Numbered from the stretch's first letter, positions 19,645 through 31,372 are shown. The stretch is DNA of 64,000 nucleotides from a cyanobacterium endosymbiont of Rhopalodia gibba (GCA_045159875.1 CP067995.1:608001-672000); one strand, 5' to 3'. Notes: generated by a model not told the origin, from the sequence alone. Numbers and translations are program-made.

Positions 19645-22515
19645 GTGATAGAACCCAAAAGCTACAAGGATACCGTAAACTTACCTCAGACTGACTTCAG
19701 TATGCGCGCTAACGCCGTAGAGCGTGAGTTGGAATTACAAAAATTTTGGTCAGAAAACAAAATTTATGAGCAGATGTCACTAAATAACTCAGGAGACCTA
19801 TTCATTCTCCATGATGGGCCCCCCTACGCTAATGGATCTCTCCATATGGGTCATGCATTAAATAAAATCCTTAAAGACATCATCAATAAATACAAGCTAC
19901 TGCGGGGTTATAAAGTACGCTATGTTCCAGGGTGGGACTGTCACGGACTTCCCATTGAATTAAAAGTGTTACAAAGTATGAAATCCAAAGAACGGGAGAG
20001 TTTGACTCCTCTTAAACTTCGTCAAGAAGCCCGTAATTTTGCCCTTAAAACCCAACAGAAACAGGCAGAAAGTTTTAAAAGATATGGAGTTTGGGGAGAT
20101 TGGAAAAACCCTTATTTAACCCTAACTCCTGAATACGAGGGCGCACAGGTTGGGGTGTTCGGTGAAATGGCACTTAAAGGTTATATATATCGGGGACTCA
20201 AACCTGTTCACTGGAGTCCTAGTTCTCGGACTGCATTAGCTGAAGCAGAATTAGAATATCCTGAAGGTCATATTTCCCAGAGTGTTTTTGCCGCTTTTCC
20301 TGTTACTAAATCTTCAGAAGTTGCTCAAGAGATTTTAAATCCATTTCTTTCTAACTTGGGAGTTGCTATCTGGACAACTACTCCTTGGACTCTTCCTGGT
20401 AATTTAGCTGTTGCTCTTAATCCCGACCTAACTTATGCTATTGTTGAACTAACTTCTGATCTTTGTAACTATCAATACCTCATTGTTGCAGCTGATTTAG
20501 TAGAACGGTTATCAGGAACTTTTAGAACTTTTTTGAAAGTCAAAACAACTTTTCAAGGAAAAGTTTTAGAACATACTGTTTATCGCCATCCTTTGTATGA
20601 TCGAGAAAGTGAAATTGTCATCGGCGGGGACTATGTTACTATAGAATCAGGAACAGGTTTAGTTCATATCGCACCTGGCCATGGACAAGAAGATTATATA
20701 GTTGGTCAACGGTATGGATTAAAAATTTTATCTCCAGTAGACGATCAGGGAAACTTTACAGAAGAAGCTGGACAATTTGCAGGATTAAATGTTCTAAAAG
20801 ATGCTAATAGAGCTATTATTGATGAATTAAAAAATCGAGGATCTCTACTCAAAGAAGAACTTTATTCACATAAATATCCCTATGATTGGCGAACAAAAAA
20901 ACCAACGATATTTCGTGCTACGGAACAATGGTTTGCCTCAGTGGAAGGTTTTCGTAAGGCGGCTTTAGAGGCAATAAAATCTGTCAATTGGATTCCACAG
21001 CAAGGAGAAAATCGCATTACTCATATGGTAGGTGATCGCTTAGATTGGTGTATTTCCCGTCAGCGTAATTGGGGAGTTCCTATTCCTGTTTTTTATAACG
21101 AAGAAACTAATAAACCTTTATTAACAGAAGAAACTATTAATCATGTACAAGCTATTTTTTCAGAAAAAGGTTCTGATGCTTGGTGGGAACTTTCTATTGA
21201 AGAGTTACTACCAAAGAAATATAACCAAGATGCCTATAAATATCGTAAAGGAACTGATACCATGGACGTCTGGTTTGACTCTGGTTCCTCTTGGGCAGCA
21301 GTAACAAAACAACGAGGAGAATTAAAATATCCCGTAGATATTTATTTAGAAGGAACTGATCAACATCGAGGGTGGTTTCAATCAAGTTTATTAACTAGTG
21401 TTGCTGTTAATGGAATTGCTCCCTATAAAACGGTATTGACGCATGGTTTTGTCTTAGATGAAAAAGGACATAAAATGAGTAAATCTTTAGGAAATATCGT
21501 TGATCCATTTATCATTATAAATGGAGGGAAAGATCTGAAGAAAGCCCCGCCTTATGGCGCTGATGTACTACGTTTATGGGTGTCATCTGTTGACTATTCC
21601 TCTGATGTACTTATTGGTCAAAATATCATAAAACAACTATCAGATACTTACCGAAAAATACGTAATACAACTAGATTTCTGTTGGGCAATTTAAATGATT
21701 TTGACCCAGAAAAGAATACAGTTAATTACTTAGACTTGCCAGAGTTAGATCAATATATGCTACACCGTATTATTGATGTTTTTGCAGAGGTAACTGATGC
21801 GTTTGAAAAATTCCAATTTTTTCGTTTCTTTCAAACAGTTCAAAATTTCTGTGTAATAGATTTATCTAATTTTTATTTGGATATTGCTAAAGATAGACTC
21901 TATATCTCCCATTCTGATGCGTTACGTCGTCGTAGTTGTCAAACGGTGTTGAAAGTTGTCCTGGAAAATTTAGCTAAAGCAATCGCTCCCGTATTATGTC
22001 ACCTGGCAGAAGATATCTGGCAATTCTTGCCTTATAAAACTTTATATAAGTCTGTTTTTCAGTCAGGATGGGTAGAGACAAAAGAAGAATGGAAACGACC
22101 AGAATTAAGAGATTCTTGGGAAAAATTACGGCTGATCCGTAGGGAAGTTAATCAAGTAATGGAACAAGCCAGAAAAGAGAAAGCAGTGGGGTCTTCTCTG
22201 GATGCAAAGGTATTACTTTATGTATCGGACCAAGACTTAAAAAAGCATTTAAGACTGTTTAACTCTAAAACAAGCAATCAAGTAGATGAATTGCGTTATT
22301 TATTGTTAGCTTCTCAAGTAGAATTAGTTGATAGTCTTGAAGATATTCAAAAGACAGAGTATCAAAGTGAGTCTGAATTAGTTTCTGTTGGGGTAATTAA
22401 AGCAGATGGACAGAAATGTGAGCGCTGCTGGAACCACTCGACAAAGGTGGGAGAATTTAGTGATAATCCGACTATTTGTGAACGATGTAATTCTGCATTA
22501 GTGGGTGAATTTTAG
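19645..22515 (+). CDS. ileS: isoleucine--tRNA ligase
   Basis: HDGPPYANG-HMGH, GWDCHGLPIE, KMSKS, C-terminal CERCW...CERC zinc finger. Confidence 0.98.
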   Translation: MIEPKSYKDTVNLPQTDFSMRANAVERELELQKFWSENKIYEQMSLNNSGDLFILHDGPPYANGSLHMGHALNKILKDIINKYKLLRGYKVRYVPGWDCHGLPIELKVLQSMKSKERESLTPLKLRQEARNFALKTQQKQAESFKRYGVWGDWKNPYLTLTPEYEGAQVGVFGEMALKGYIYRGLKPVHWSPSSRTALAEAELEYPEGHISQSVFAAFPVTKSSEVAQEILNPFLSNLGVAIWTTTPWTLPGNLAVALNPDLTYAIVELTSDLCNYQYLIVAADLVERLSGTFRTFLKVKTTFQGKVLEHTVYRHPLYDRESEIVIGGDYVTIESGTGLVHIAPGHGQEDYIVGQRYGLKILSPVDDQGNFTEEAGQFAGLNVLKDANRAIIDELKNRGSLLKEELYSHKYPYDWRTKKPTIFRATEQWFASVEGFRKAALEAIKSVNWIPQQGENRITHMVGDRLDWCISRQRNWGVPIPVFYNEETNKPLLTEETINHVQAIFSEKGSDAWWELSIEELLPKKYNQDAYKYRKGTDTMDVWFDSGSSWAAVTKQRGELKYPVDIYLEGTDQHRGWFQSSLLTSVAVNGIAPYKTVLTHGFVLDEKGHKMSKSLGNIVDPFIIINGGKDLKKAPPYGADVLRLWVSSVDYSSDVLIGQNIIKQLSDTYRKIRNTTRFLLGNLNDFDPEKNTVNYLDLPELDQYMLHRIIDVFAEVTDAFEKFQFFRFFQTVQNFCVIDLSNFYLDIAKDRLYISHSDALRRRSCQTVLKVVLENLAKAIAPVLCHLAEDIWQFLPYKTLYKSVFQSGWVETKEEWKRPELRDSWEKLRLIRREVNQVMEQARKEKAVGSSLDAKVLLYVSDQDLKKHLRLFNSKTSNQVDELRYLLLASQVELVDSLEDIQKTEYQSESELVSVGVIKADGQKCERCWNHSTKVGEFSDNPTICERCNSALVGEF

Positions 22516-22523
22516 AAACTTTT

Positions 22524-22558
22524 TAAGGTGCGTTAAGCTAGTTAGCACACCTTATTTT
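22524..22558 (+). terminator. possible terminator after ileS
   Basis: Imperfect hairpin TAAGGTG...CACCTTA followed by TTTT. Confidence 0.45.
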
Positions 22559-23470
22559 GAATATAAATAAAACTAATAACCACTTATAGTAAAAACTCAA
22601 TCTTTAAAATTTATTTTTTAAAGTTTATTAATCGATAATATTACTTTAATAGTTTTAAATAAGTTTTTAAATTCAGTAAAATTAATATATTTACTTTTCC
22701 TGAATAAAGCTTTTAAAAAAATTACTAAATTAAATTGATAGTAATCTATCCAATTTAATTATATTAACTATATGTTTTTTAACTTATATTTTTTGCATTT
22801 AAAATATTTTATAAGTTAAATAATCACCTAATCACTTATTAAGTATTTAATTTACTATTAAAAAGTAATTTTTCTTGCAATAAAAGTTTATCTAATAAAA
22901 TAGCAGGTTTAAGTTATTTAGTATGTTAAAAATTTTAAAAAAATAAAGGTTTTATAGTTTCTTGATGATAGATAATTATTGAAAATAAAAGTTAGATTTA
23001 ATGGAAAATATCTGTCTATGGTTTGCTTTAGAATAAAAATAATTTATTGGATTTATAGTATTTTTACTATAGTAAAATACCAAAAAATATAAGAAAAAAA
23101 ATAGTTACTATCTAAGTTTTTAGATAAAAAAGTATGTGATTTAACTACTTAAAAATAATAAATAATGATTAGTTTTTTTATAATTTTATAATGAATTATT
23201 ATATGCTATAAGCTTATAAATAAATTTGTAATTACACTTGCATTTTTTATTTAAAGAATTAGTAATATACCAAAAAACACATTTAACTCTCAATATGATG
23301 AAAATAATATGTTTAATAAAACATAAATAATGTTTTTAACAAAAGCTTATTTAATTCACATACAAAAAGTTTTTTTCATAGATAGAAATAATATAAATAA
23401 CTATCATCTTCAGTAAAGAACAACTACTAAAAGTATAGAATACTAAATTTAATTTCTATACTAGCCTAAA

Positions 23471-23520
23471 AAAATACAGTAAATTTAACCAATGATAATG
23501 AGTTAAATTTACTGTATTTT
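23471..23520. repeat. perfect inverted repeat, 19-bp arms
   Basis: AAAATACAGTAAATTTAAC-N12-GTTAAATTTACTGTATTTT. Confidence 0.88.
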
Positions 23521-23524
23521 ATTC

Positions 23525-24240
23525 TTTTATTTCATTAAGTATTTCAAAATACTCATCAACTCAAGGCTTATCTACTAAGATCTATAATCTCTCTGTCGGT
23601 TCTAATTCTAAAAAATAAGCTGGCAAATATTCTTGAGTGATTCCTGATAGCCCTACATTTTTATATAAATGTTAGTCAACTAAATTCAGCTATTTTAAGC
23701 TCACATAAGTGGATTTAATTTCATAACCATAATATTTATCTCATTAGTAGTTTTATAAACTTATAAATATATGACTATCTATAGCTCTGGTAGACCAGAG
23801 CAGTTAATCTTTTCCTAATGCAAATGAAAACTTTTATTCTGATTGTTTCTAATCCTATTTTAAATTGCTCAAAAGCCTTATATATATTTCAAATACTAGA
23901 TAATTATTCTATCTTTTTAACTATTAAAAATAAATTTTCAATAGATACTTTTTATATTTTGATTTTGAACTATGATAGTAGTATTTTACTTTTAAAAGTA
24001 ATCAATTTTCTTTAAAGCCATACTTTTTAAACATAATTTAATTTCTTAGTCAACAACCTACTTTTGAGCTTATTTATATAAGGTTATATATTGATTTTTA
24101 TTTAAATTAACAAACTAACTTTTTAAAAAATCTATAAGTTAAGTTCCTTTTTTTACGCCAATATAATTGGAGCTTATTGCTATAAAAAGTATCTTCTTTT
24201 AATAATCAATTTTTAAGTTATTTTTAGAGACTTACTTGAA
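23525..24240 (-). mobile_element. degraded IS630-family transposase remnant (boundaries approximate)
   Basis: Minus-strand fragments FEQFKIGLETIRIKVF, VYQSYR*SYIYKFIK and GITQEYLPAYFLELEPTERL*ILVDKP*VDEYFE resemble the IS630 motifs DEHRVGLKP, YEWLYVYGFV and FLPPYSPELQPAERLW.LVDEPL (recalled consensus). Confidence 0.75.
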
Positions 24241-24271
24241 AATTTTAAAATCTGATATTTACAGCTAAATA

Positions 24272-24310
24272 AGGTAAATAATCCATGATTTTAATCATGA
24301 TTATTTACCT
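24272..24310. repeat. near-perfect inverted repeat (18-bp arms, one bulge)
   Basis: AGGTAAATAATC(c)ATGATT-tt-AATCATGATTATTTACCT. Confidence 0.8.
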
Positions 24311-25074
24311 CTTATTAGAAATAAATTTATACCCCTATATTTGAGTTTATATATTAAATAATTTTATTTATAATTTTTGTAAAAAAATTATTCAGTATTT
24401 AGATTATATCAAAGTAATTATTAATTTTATTCAAAAATAAATAAAAAATAATTAAAAATTATCACTACTGTAGTTAAAAATATTTAGTTAATTAACTCAT
24501 TTTTTAGAAAAAATCGTTAAATATTAATTTAATCAAAATTTTCTAATAATAAAAAATGTATTTCTTGGAAAAACTATTTTTATTGAAATTTATCATAAAT
24601 AAACTGTTTCAATATTACTTTTTTAAAAAATTAAGTAAGTTATAGAAAATAGTCAACTCAAAATGCTTAAAATAAGTATTATTGATTAATTACACATTGA
24701 AATAGTAATTTCAACAGACTATTTTAAGTTTCTAAAAAAAAAGTTGATTTTAATAAACTAAACAAGTAGACAGATTTAAATCTTCTAAATTAACTACATT
24801 AAATAGTTAAACTATATCGAAAATTAAAATTGTAGATAATATTCAATAAATAAAAAATTAAATTTAGTCCCCTGAAAACTATTTAAAAGTAGTAAATATC
24901 GAGCTCTAATTAGAATAGCTTAATAAAAACAAGTGAGGTAAAACTTTATTAAAACTTTAAAAGAATTTGAACTAGGTTTTCAACAAAAAACTCCCTTAAG
25001 TAACCTTAAATATAGTAATCAAATTATATTGTAGCTTGTTTGACTCTAACAACTATATTGATTTCTTTTCTTAG

Positions 25075-25110
25075 AAAGTAAATATCATAATCAATTATGA
25101 TATTTACTTT
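25075..25110. repeat. perfect inverted repeat, 17-bp arms, overlapping the polA stop codon
   Basis: AAAGTAAATATCATAAT-ca-ATTATGATATTTACTTT. Confidence 0.85.
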
Positions 25111-28016
25111 GCTTCCATCCAATTGTTACCTGAATAAATATCAACTACTAAAGGGACTGTTAAACTAACAGCATTCTCCATAGTTTGTTTGATTTTTTTT
25201 TGTAATTCATCCCATTCCTCTGGAGGAACTTCAAAAATTAATTCATCATGAACTTGTAATAATAAGTTTGCTTGATAATGACTTAAAATTTCTTGTATTT
25301 TAATCATAGTAACTTTAATAATATCAGCACTTGATCCTTGAATTGGTGCATTAGCTGCAGCACGTAATAATTGGGAATCTGTATAATTTAGATGTAACTC
25401 GTTTAAATTAATATTTTTGGGATTAGTTCCTTTAAGTTTTTGCAAACTGTGTGTCACAAAATTTAAGTATCGTCTTCTTCCTAAAATAGTTGTGACAAAT
25501 CCCTTAGTGATTGCTTCTTTTTTCGTCTTTTCTAAAAACTCAAATACCCTGGCATATCGCTGATGATACTGCTCAATAAATGTCTTTCCTTCTGCTGCTG
25601 TAACTCCTGCTTCTCTGGCGAACCTCTGAGCACCCATTCCATAAATCACCCCAAAATTAATTGTTTTGCCTAGATTCCTTTCTTCTGGGGTAATAGTTTC
25701 TTTATTAAATAAAAGCTTAGCAGTTACAGTATGAACATCCTGAGCATTTCGATATGCTTCTAATAATATAGATTCTTGACTTAAATGTGCTAGTATTCTC
25801 AGTTCAATTTGCGAATAATCTGCTGACACTAACAACCAATTTTCTTTGGGAATAAACGCTTGACGAAGTTTACGAGAAAATTGAGAACGAATGGGAATAT
25901 TTTGTAAGTTAGGATTAGAAGAAGATAACCTTCCGGTTGCTGTCACCATTTGATTAAAGTTAGTGTGAATTCGTTGGGTATCATCACGAACTAATGCAGG
26001 CAAAGCATCTACATAGGTTGATTTTAATTTAGATAGAGTACGATGTTCTAGAACATAATCAACAATTGGATGATCTCCTTGTAGTCTTTCCAAGGTAATA
26101 TGATCGGTAGAATATCCAGTTTTAGTTTTTCGGGATTTCTTTCTATTTAAACCTAGTTTTTCAAATAAAATTTTTCCAAGTTGTTTGGGAGAACTTAAAT
26201 TAAATTTTTCCCCTGCTTCTTGGTATGCCTGTTGTTCGATTAATTCTAAGTCTTGTTGTAATTGTTGAGATAATTGATGCAAATAATTGGTGTCAATACG
26301 AACCCCTGTATTTTCCATGACTGCCAAAACAGATTCTAAGGGTTGTTCTACTTCTATGAGTAATTTTTTTAAAGTTTTTATTGATTCTAATTCTTCTTCT
26401 AATTTATGAACTAATAAATAAGTAATATAAGCATCCATTCCACAATAATTTGCAACAATTTTAATGTCTAAATTAGCAATAGTTTCCCCTTTAGCAATCC
26501 CTAATTCTTTGTAATTTTGGGGACTAATTCCAGGTAAATATCGATAACATAAATCACCCAGATTATGACTCCTTTCAGGATCTAAAACATAACTGGCTAA
26601 CATGGTGTCAAACACTACACCAGTCAATTTAATTCCTTGATGATGTAAAACTAACCGGTCAAATTTCGTATTTTGGAAAACTTTAGCATATTTGTCATTT
26701 TCTAAAATTGGTCGTAATTTTTCTAAAACTACCTTTTTTTTTAGTTGAACCCCTTTTGTATGTCCCATAGGAATATAAGCTATGTCTGTTATTTTATCGC
26801 CCCAACAACAGCCAATTCCAACTAATTCCGCATCCCTAGGTTCTAATGAGGTTGTTTCAGTATCCCAAGCAATAAAATGTTGGTATCCTATATATTGTTT
26901 AAGTCGGTCAACTAAGTTATTTAACTGCTCTACATCCGTAATGGTTTTAGGATTTATTTGCGATAAATTGAGATCGTTTTTAGCAATTAATTCAGTAGAA
27001 TTTTTAACTGATTTTTTACCAGGAAATAAAGAGAGTTGTCTGGGGTCACATTCGTATTTCTCTTGAGATAAAGAATCATTTTTCCTTTCAAAAATATTGT
27101 TTATCTGATCAATTTCTTTTATGAACTTATTAAGTTCTAGTTTTTCTAAAATTGTTTGAAAGGAAGACAAATCAAATCCTTTTAACTGGCACTGGGTTAA
27201 ATTAATTTTAATCGGGATATTAGTTATGATTTCAGCTAAATAGCGAGAGTGCTCTGCGTCTTTTATTCCTTCTCTTAATTTTTTATTATTCGCACCTTTT
27301 ATCTGATCTAAGTTACTATAAATTTCTTGCAGATTGCCGTATTTTTTTAAAAATTTTACAGCTGTTTTATCTCCAATTCCCTTAATTCCTGGAATGCTAT
27401 CCGACCTATCCCCACATAGCGCTTTATAATCAAGCACTTGAGTGGGTTTTACTCCTAGTTTGACTTCTACAGCTTTAGAATCAAATTCTCTATAACCTTC
27501 AGATGACAGATTTTTTATTGTATTTCTTTCTAAATATAAAACACTAATATTTTTGCTTTCATCAACCAATTGAAAAAGATCGCGATCACCACTTAGAATT
27601 TTAACTTGACATCCTGATTGACTTCCTTGGTTAGCTAGAGTTCCCAACACATCATCCGCTTCATAACCTGGACAAGTTACAATTGTTATATTCAAAGCCT
27701 TTAATAATTCTTGAAGATTTTTAAGGTCACGAATAAAATCTTCAGGTGTTTCTTGACGATTTGCTTTATAGTTAGCATCAACTTTATGGCGAAAAGTAGG
27801 CTCTTGTCGATCAAAAGCAATAGCTAGATATTGAGGTTTTTGATCTGTAATAATTTGAATTAACGAATTTAAAAATCCAAAACAAACACTGGTAGGAATT
27901 CCAGTAGAAGTATGTAGAGGACCATGTCTAGCTTTAGCAAAGGCATAATAAGCCCGAAACGCTAGAGAATGACCATCAATAAGAATAAAAAGTGGTAAAG
28001 ATTGCTGATCCTGCAT
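25104..28016 (-). CDS. polA: DNA polymerase I
   Basis: LIDGHSLAFRAY 5'-3' exonuclease, DTETT 3'-5' exonuclease, TGRLSSSNPNLQNIP, DYSQIELR, NAPIQGS, LQVHDEL. Confidence 0.98.
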   Translation of the reverse strand: MQDQQSLPLFILIDGHSLAFRAYYAFAKARHGPLHTSTGIPTSVCFGFLNSLIQIITDQKPQYLAIAFDRQEPTFRHKVDANYKANRQETPEDFIRDLKNLQELLKALNITIVTCPGYEADDVLGTLANQGSQSGCQVKILSGDRDLFQLVDESKNISVLYLERNTIKNLSSEGYREFDSKAVEVKLGVKPTQVLDYKALCGDRSDSIPGIKGIGDKTAVKFLKKYGNLQEIYSNLDQIKGANNKKLREGIKDAEHSRYLAEIITNIPIKINLTQCQLKGFDLSSFQTILEKLELNKFIKEIDQINNIFERKNDSLSQEKYECDPRQLSLFPGKKSVKNSTELIAKNDLNLSQINPKTITDVEQLNNLVDRLKQYIGYQHFIAWDTETTSLEPRDAELVGIGCCWGDKITDIAYIPMGHTKGVQLKKKVVLEKLRPILENDKYAKVFQNTKFDRLVLHHQGIKLTGVVFDTMLASYVLDPERSHNLGDLCYRYLPGISPQNYKELGIAKGETIANLDIKIVANYCGMDAYITYLLVHKLEEELESIKTLKKLLIEVEQPLESVLAVMENTGVRIDTNYLHQLSQQLQQDLELIEQQAYQEAGEKFNLSSPKQLGKILFEKLGLNRKKSRKTKTGYSTDHITLERLQGDHPIVDYVLEHRTLSKLKSTYVDALPALVRDDTQRIHTNFNQMVTATGRLSSSNPNLQNIPIRSQFSRKLRQAFIPKENWLLVSADYSQIELRILAHLSQESILLEAYRNAQDVHTVTAKLLFNKETITPEERNLGKTINFGVIYGMGAQRFAREAGVTAAEGKTFIEQYHQRYARVFEFLEKTKKEAITKGFVTTILGRRRYLNFVTHSLQKLKGTNPKNINLNELHLNYTDSQLLRAAANAPIQGSSADIIKVTMIKIQEILSHYQANLLLQVHDELIFEVPPEEWDELQKKIKQTMENAVSLTVPLVVDIYSGNNWMEAK

Positions 28017-28449
28017 TATAAAAATTGTAGATTTATCTCTTTTAATCTTAACGTATTTTTTTAAGCTAATAAAAATTAACTTAACTTAGAGTTTTTAAAC
28101 TCTATAAAAAATAGCTTTAAAAAGCAACTAACTCATCAGTTTAAGCTATTGTAACTTAGTTAAATTACATTAGTAAATCCTGATTTTATTCAGTGAGCTT
28201 AATACTTGATAGCTTAATAATATTGATATATTATTATCTGTGCAATATTAATATTAAAAATATAAATCATAAGCTTGATTTGTAAACTAAAGATTTATTT
28301 ACAAAATATCTATTAGACAAATCATATTATTATAGATTTTGCATAAAAATTGAATTAAATTAAGTTAAATATCTTTATTTGATTTATATCTATAGCATCA
28401 AACATTATATTAAGTTTAATAGATAAAATTTTAAATTAATTAATACTTA

Positions 28450-29560
28450 CTTTATAATAATTTAATTATAAATTAGATAGTAATAGTTTGATTTATTGAA
28501 AAATATACATGACAGTAATTTTTATTTATCTTAGTTAAACTGCCAGAAAATCTCATCACAATAATGAATCAATTATTAGAGATTTTTCTTAAACAAAGAA
28601 AGTAGTTTATCTCAAAATTAATTCTTGTAAAATGAGACAAAATTAATGTATAAATAAATAGCAGAAAAGTCAAATTATCTCATGAATAAAAAATATAAAA
28701 TACAATTTTAAAAAAAATTAATTTTTTTTAAAAAAGCGGTAAGGTTAAAAACATAGCTACAAGGAATGAAATAGGTAAATAAAAAATAAAAATAATGTTC
28801 TAAGATTTAGATCGATAATCATAAATACCAAAATCTTAGAAATCGAAACACTGAATAACTAATAAATAAAATTGCTGTGATTAAATAAAAAAGAAGTCAT
28901 TACGTATTGCTGATTTATACAAATCAATGAGTGTAATCACTATAGAAACAAGGCAATCTAAAGAGCTAATAGGATAGCCAGAGCCTTAGTATAAAGAAGT
29001 TTTGACTAAGATTGAAGAAGTTAATCTAAATTTTAAAAAACTATACAAAAATATTGTCAATAAATTGATGTTAATGTCACAAGCTGAAATAATAGCAGAT
29101 GGATTCCATTTAACAAAATGAGTTGAGGCTAAATTAAATAAAATTTTTAAAATATTTAAACAAGAATTCAAAAAACTTGTAAGTACCAATTAAAAATTAA
29201 AAATTGTGTCAGGTTTTAATTAGATAAAAATAAAAATCTAAATGAAAATTAAATAAGAACAAATAAACCTTCATTAGTTCTTTTAAAGATGTATCCCTTA
29301 AAAGGATAGCTTAGAAGATTATTAATCACAATTTAAACTGGTTATCAGAATTATTGAAATCAGCTAGTTGAGGGAGAAAAGCTTATTTATTCTAGCTAAA
29401 AAGCTACGTAACAATGAACTCAAGTCTTGAGTCTAGAGAAACTATTGCTCATTTTTACCGAAAAATAACCAAAGAAACAATAATAAGAGTAAGACACTAA
29501 TAATCAACTCAAGTTAATTGAAAAAAAACCTTATAGAACTAAACCCTTGTCAATTTTTAA
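28450..29560 (+). mobile_element. degraded ISL3-family transposase remnant (boundaries approximate)
   Basis: Colinear fragments HHNNESIIRDFS (28554), VVYLKINSCKMR (28602), EVLTKIEEVNLNFKKLYKNIVNKL..AEIIADGFHLTK (28996-29118) and NNQLKLIEKKPY (29499) match recalled ISL3 motifs IEEVSID...VADRFHV and INNKLKLIKR..YG. Confidence 0.82.
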
Positions 29561-29874
29561 CTCCTAAGTTTTTCAATTTAAAATTTTTCCAGTTTAGTCT
29601 CTAATTTAGATTAGTTAGTTTAGTATGATGAATTTTTTTAAAAAAACAGTACTAAGAGAACATTGTTATATAACACTAAGATAAACAATGTGCTGGAACA
29701 TAAACTTTTGTAACTCTATGAACAGATAAACTCAGAACATTATACTGAGTGTTGTGGAAGTTCATAAGATTTAAAATAGGTCTTGATTTTTAAACTCTTA
29801 ACAATCTTCCTCTAATCGTTCATAATTTAGAGAACAGATAGATATTAATTGTAAAAGACTATCCTAAAAGACTG

Positions 29875-31221
29875 ATGAATCAAGTTGACCGCATTCGTTT
29901 GGGATTAGCAGTGGCAGTAGCTAAGACGGTCACCGCTGTAGTTCGCTTGCTAAATTTAGGGGCGGCTAGCGTTTTACCTGGAGCAATCGCCCACCGTTTT
30001 CATTCCAAACTATTATTTTTGCTCTGTGAACAAGTCAAACAAGGGGTTATCTTAGTAATAGGAACTAATGGAAAAACTACCACCTCCTTATTGTTGCGAA
30101 CTATTCTTGAAAACCAAGGGCTCAAAGTGGCTCATAATGATACTGGAGCTAATCTAATTAATGGCTTAATCACTGCCCTGTTGAACAATACGAATTTAAT
30201 AGGTCAATTAAAAGTTGACTATGCAATCTTAGAAGTTGATGAAAATATTGTATCTTTATTACTTAAAGAGTGTCAACCTCTAATAATTTTAGGGTTGAAT
30301 TTGTTTCGAGATCAGCTTGATCGTTATGGGGAAGTTGATACTATTAGTCAACGATGGCTAGCGGACTTCGCTCTCCTTCCTTCTAACACTACTGTTATTC
30401 TTAATGCTGACGATCCAACTCTTTCACATTTAGGTCAGCAATTATCGCAAAAAGTGTGTTATTTTGGCTTAGATGAACCAGATTTATATCTTGAAGAGAT
30501 TCCCCACGCTGTTGATTCGATTTATTGTCCTTGTTGTGGCTATACTCTCGATTATCGAGGTATTTACTTTTCTCACTTAGGAGATTTTAATTGTCCTAGT
30601 TGTGGATTTACGAAAAGTAAAACTGCCTTTTCAAGCAAAGCCTGGCCACAAATTTTGGTTGGAGTCTACAACAAATATAATACCTTAGCAGCTGGATTGG
30701 TTGCTCAAAAATTAGGAATTGAGGTAGCACATATTCTTGATAGCATTAAAAACTTCAAAGCAGCTTTTGGACGGTCAGAAGAATTAACTATTGATGGCAC
30801 AAATATCCGCATTTTATTATCAAAAAATCCTGTAGGAATGAATGAGACAATACGTGCTGTTAATGACTTAAAAGTAGTGGGAAAGGCTTCTACAACTCTA
30901 GTTATTTTAAATGATCGCATCCCCGATGGAACCGATGTTTCTTGGATTTGGGATGTAGATACGGAAAAATTAGTTGAGATAGGAGGGACTTTAATTGTTA
31001 GTGGAGATCGTGTTTATGACATGGCACTAAGATTAGAATATAGTCAAGAAACTCTTACTAGTCACCAAAATTCGGTTAAATTGGTTATAAAAGAGGACTT
31101 AAAAGAAGCTATTCAAACTGCTTTAACCCTAACTCCATATAATGGAACTCTACATATTATCCCTACCTATTCTGCTATGTTAGAAGTACGAGGCATTTTA
31201 ATAGGTCATCAAATTCTCTAA
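29875..31221 (+). CDS. murT: MurT-like Mur ligase (DUF1727), lipid II amidation subunit
   Basis: GTNGKTTT, NLFRDQLDRYGE, CPCC...CPSC zinc finger, KNPVG, DVSWIWD, PTYSAML. Confidence 0.9.
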   Translation: MNQVDRIRLGLAVAVAKTVTAVVRLLNLGAASVLPGAIAHRFHSKLLFLLCEQVKQGVILVIGTNGKTTTSLLLRTILENQGLKVAHNDTGANLINGLITALLNNTNLIGQLKVDYAILEVDENIVSLLLKECQPLIILGLNLFRDQLDRYGEVDTISQRWLADFALLPSNTTVILNADDPTLSHLGQQLSQKVCYFGLDEPDLYLEEIPHAVDSIYCPCCGYTLDYRGIYFSHLGDFNCPSCGFTKSKTAFSSKAWPQILVGVYNKYNTLAAGLVAQKLGIEVAHILDSIKNFKAAFGRSEELTIDGTNIRILLSKNPVGMNETIRAVNDLKVVGKASTTLVILNDRIPDGTDVSWIWDVDTEKLVEIGGTLIVSGDRVYDMALRLEYSQETLTSHQNSVKLVIKEDLKEAIQTALTLTPYNGTLHIIPTYSAMLEVRGILIGHQIL

Positions 31222-31335
31222 ATAAATTAGTTAAACTTATGTTTTTATTTGACAAAAAATTAAATGATTAAAATTATACTTAAGTTAACTTTTTTTGATA
31301 AACTAACTTCATAGAATAAAATGTGTTTGCTACTA

Positions 31336-31372
31336 TTTTGATATAAATAAATAGGATTTATTTATATCAAAA
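31336..31372. repeat. perfect inverted repeat, 17-bp arms
   Basis: TTTTGATATAAATAAAT-agg-ATTTATTTATATCAAAA. Confidence 0.8.

Noticed and set aside
23818..24015. 65-aa plus-strand ORF
   Set aside because: Antisense to the IS630 remnant; composition dominated by AT-rich codons.
28986..29189. 67-aa minus-strand ORF
   Set aside because: Antisense shadow of the ISL3 transposase remnant.
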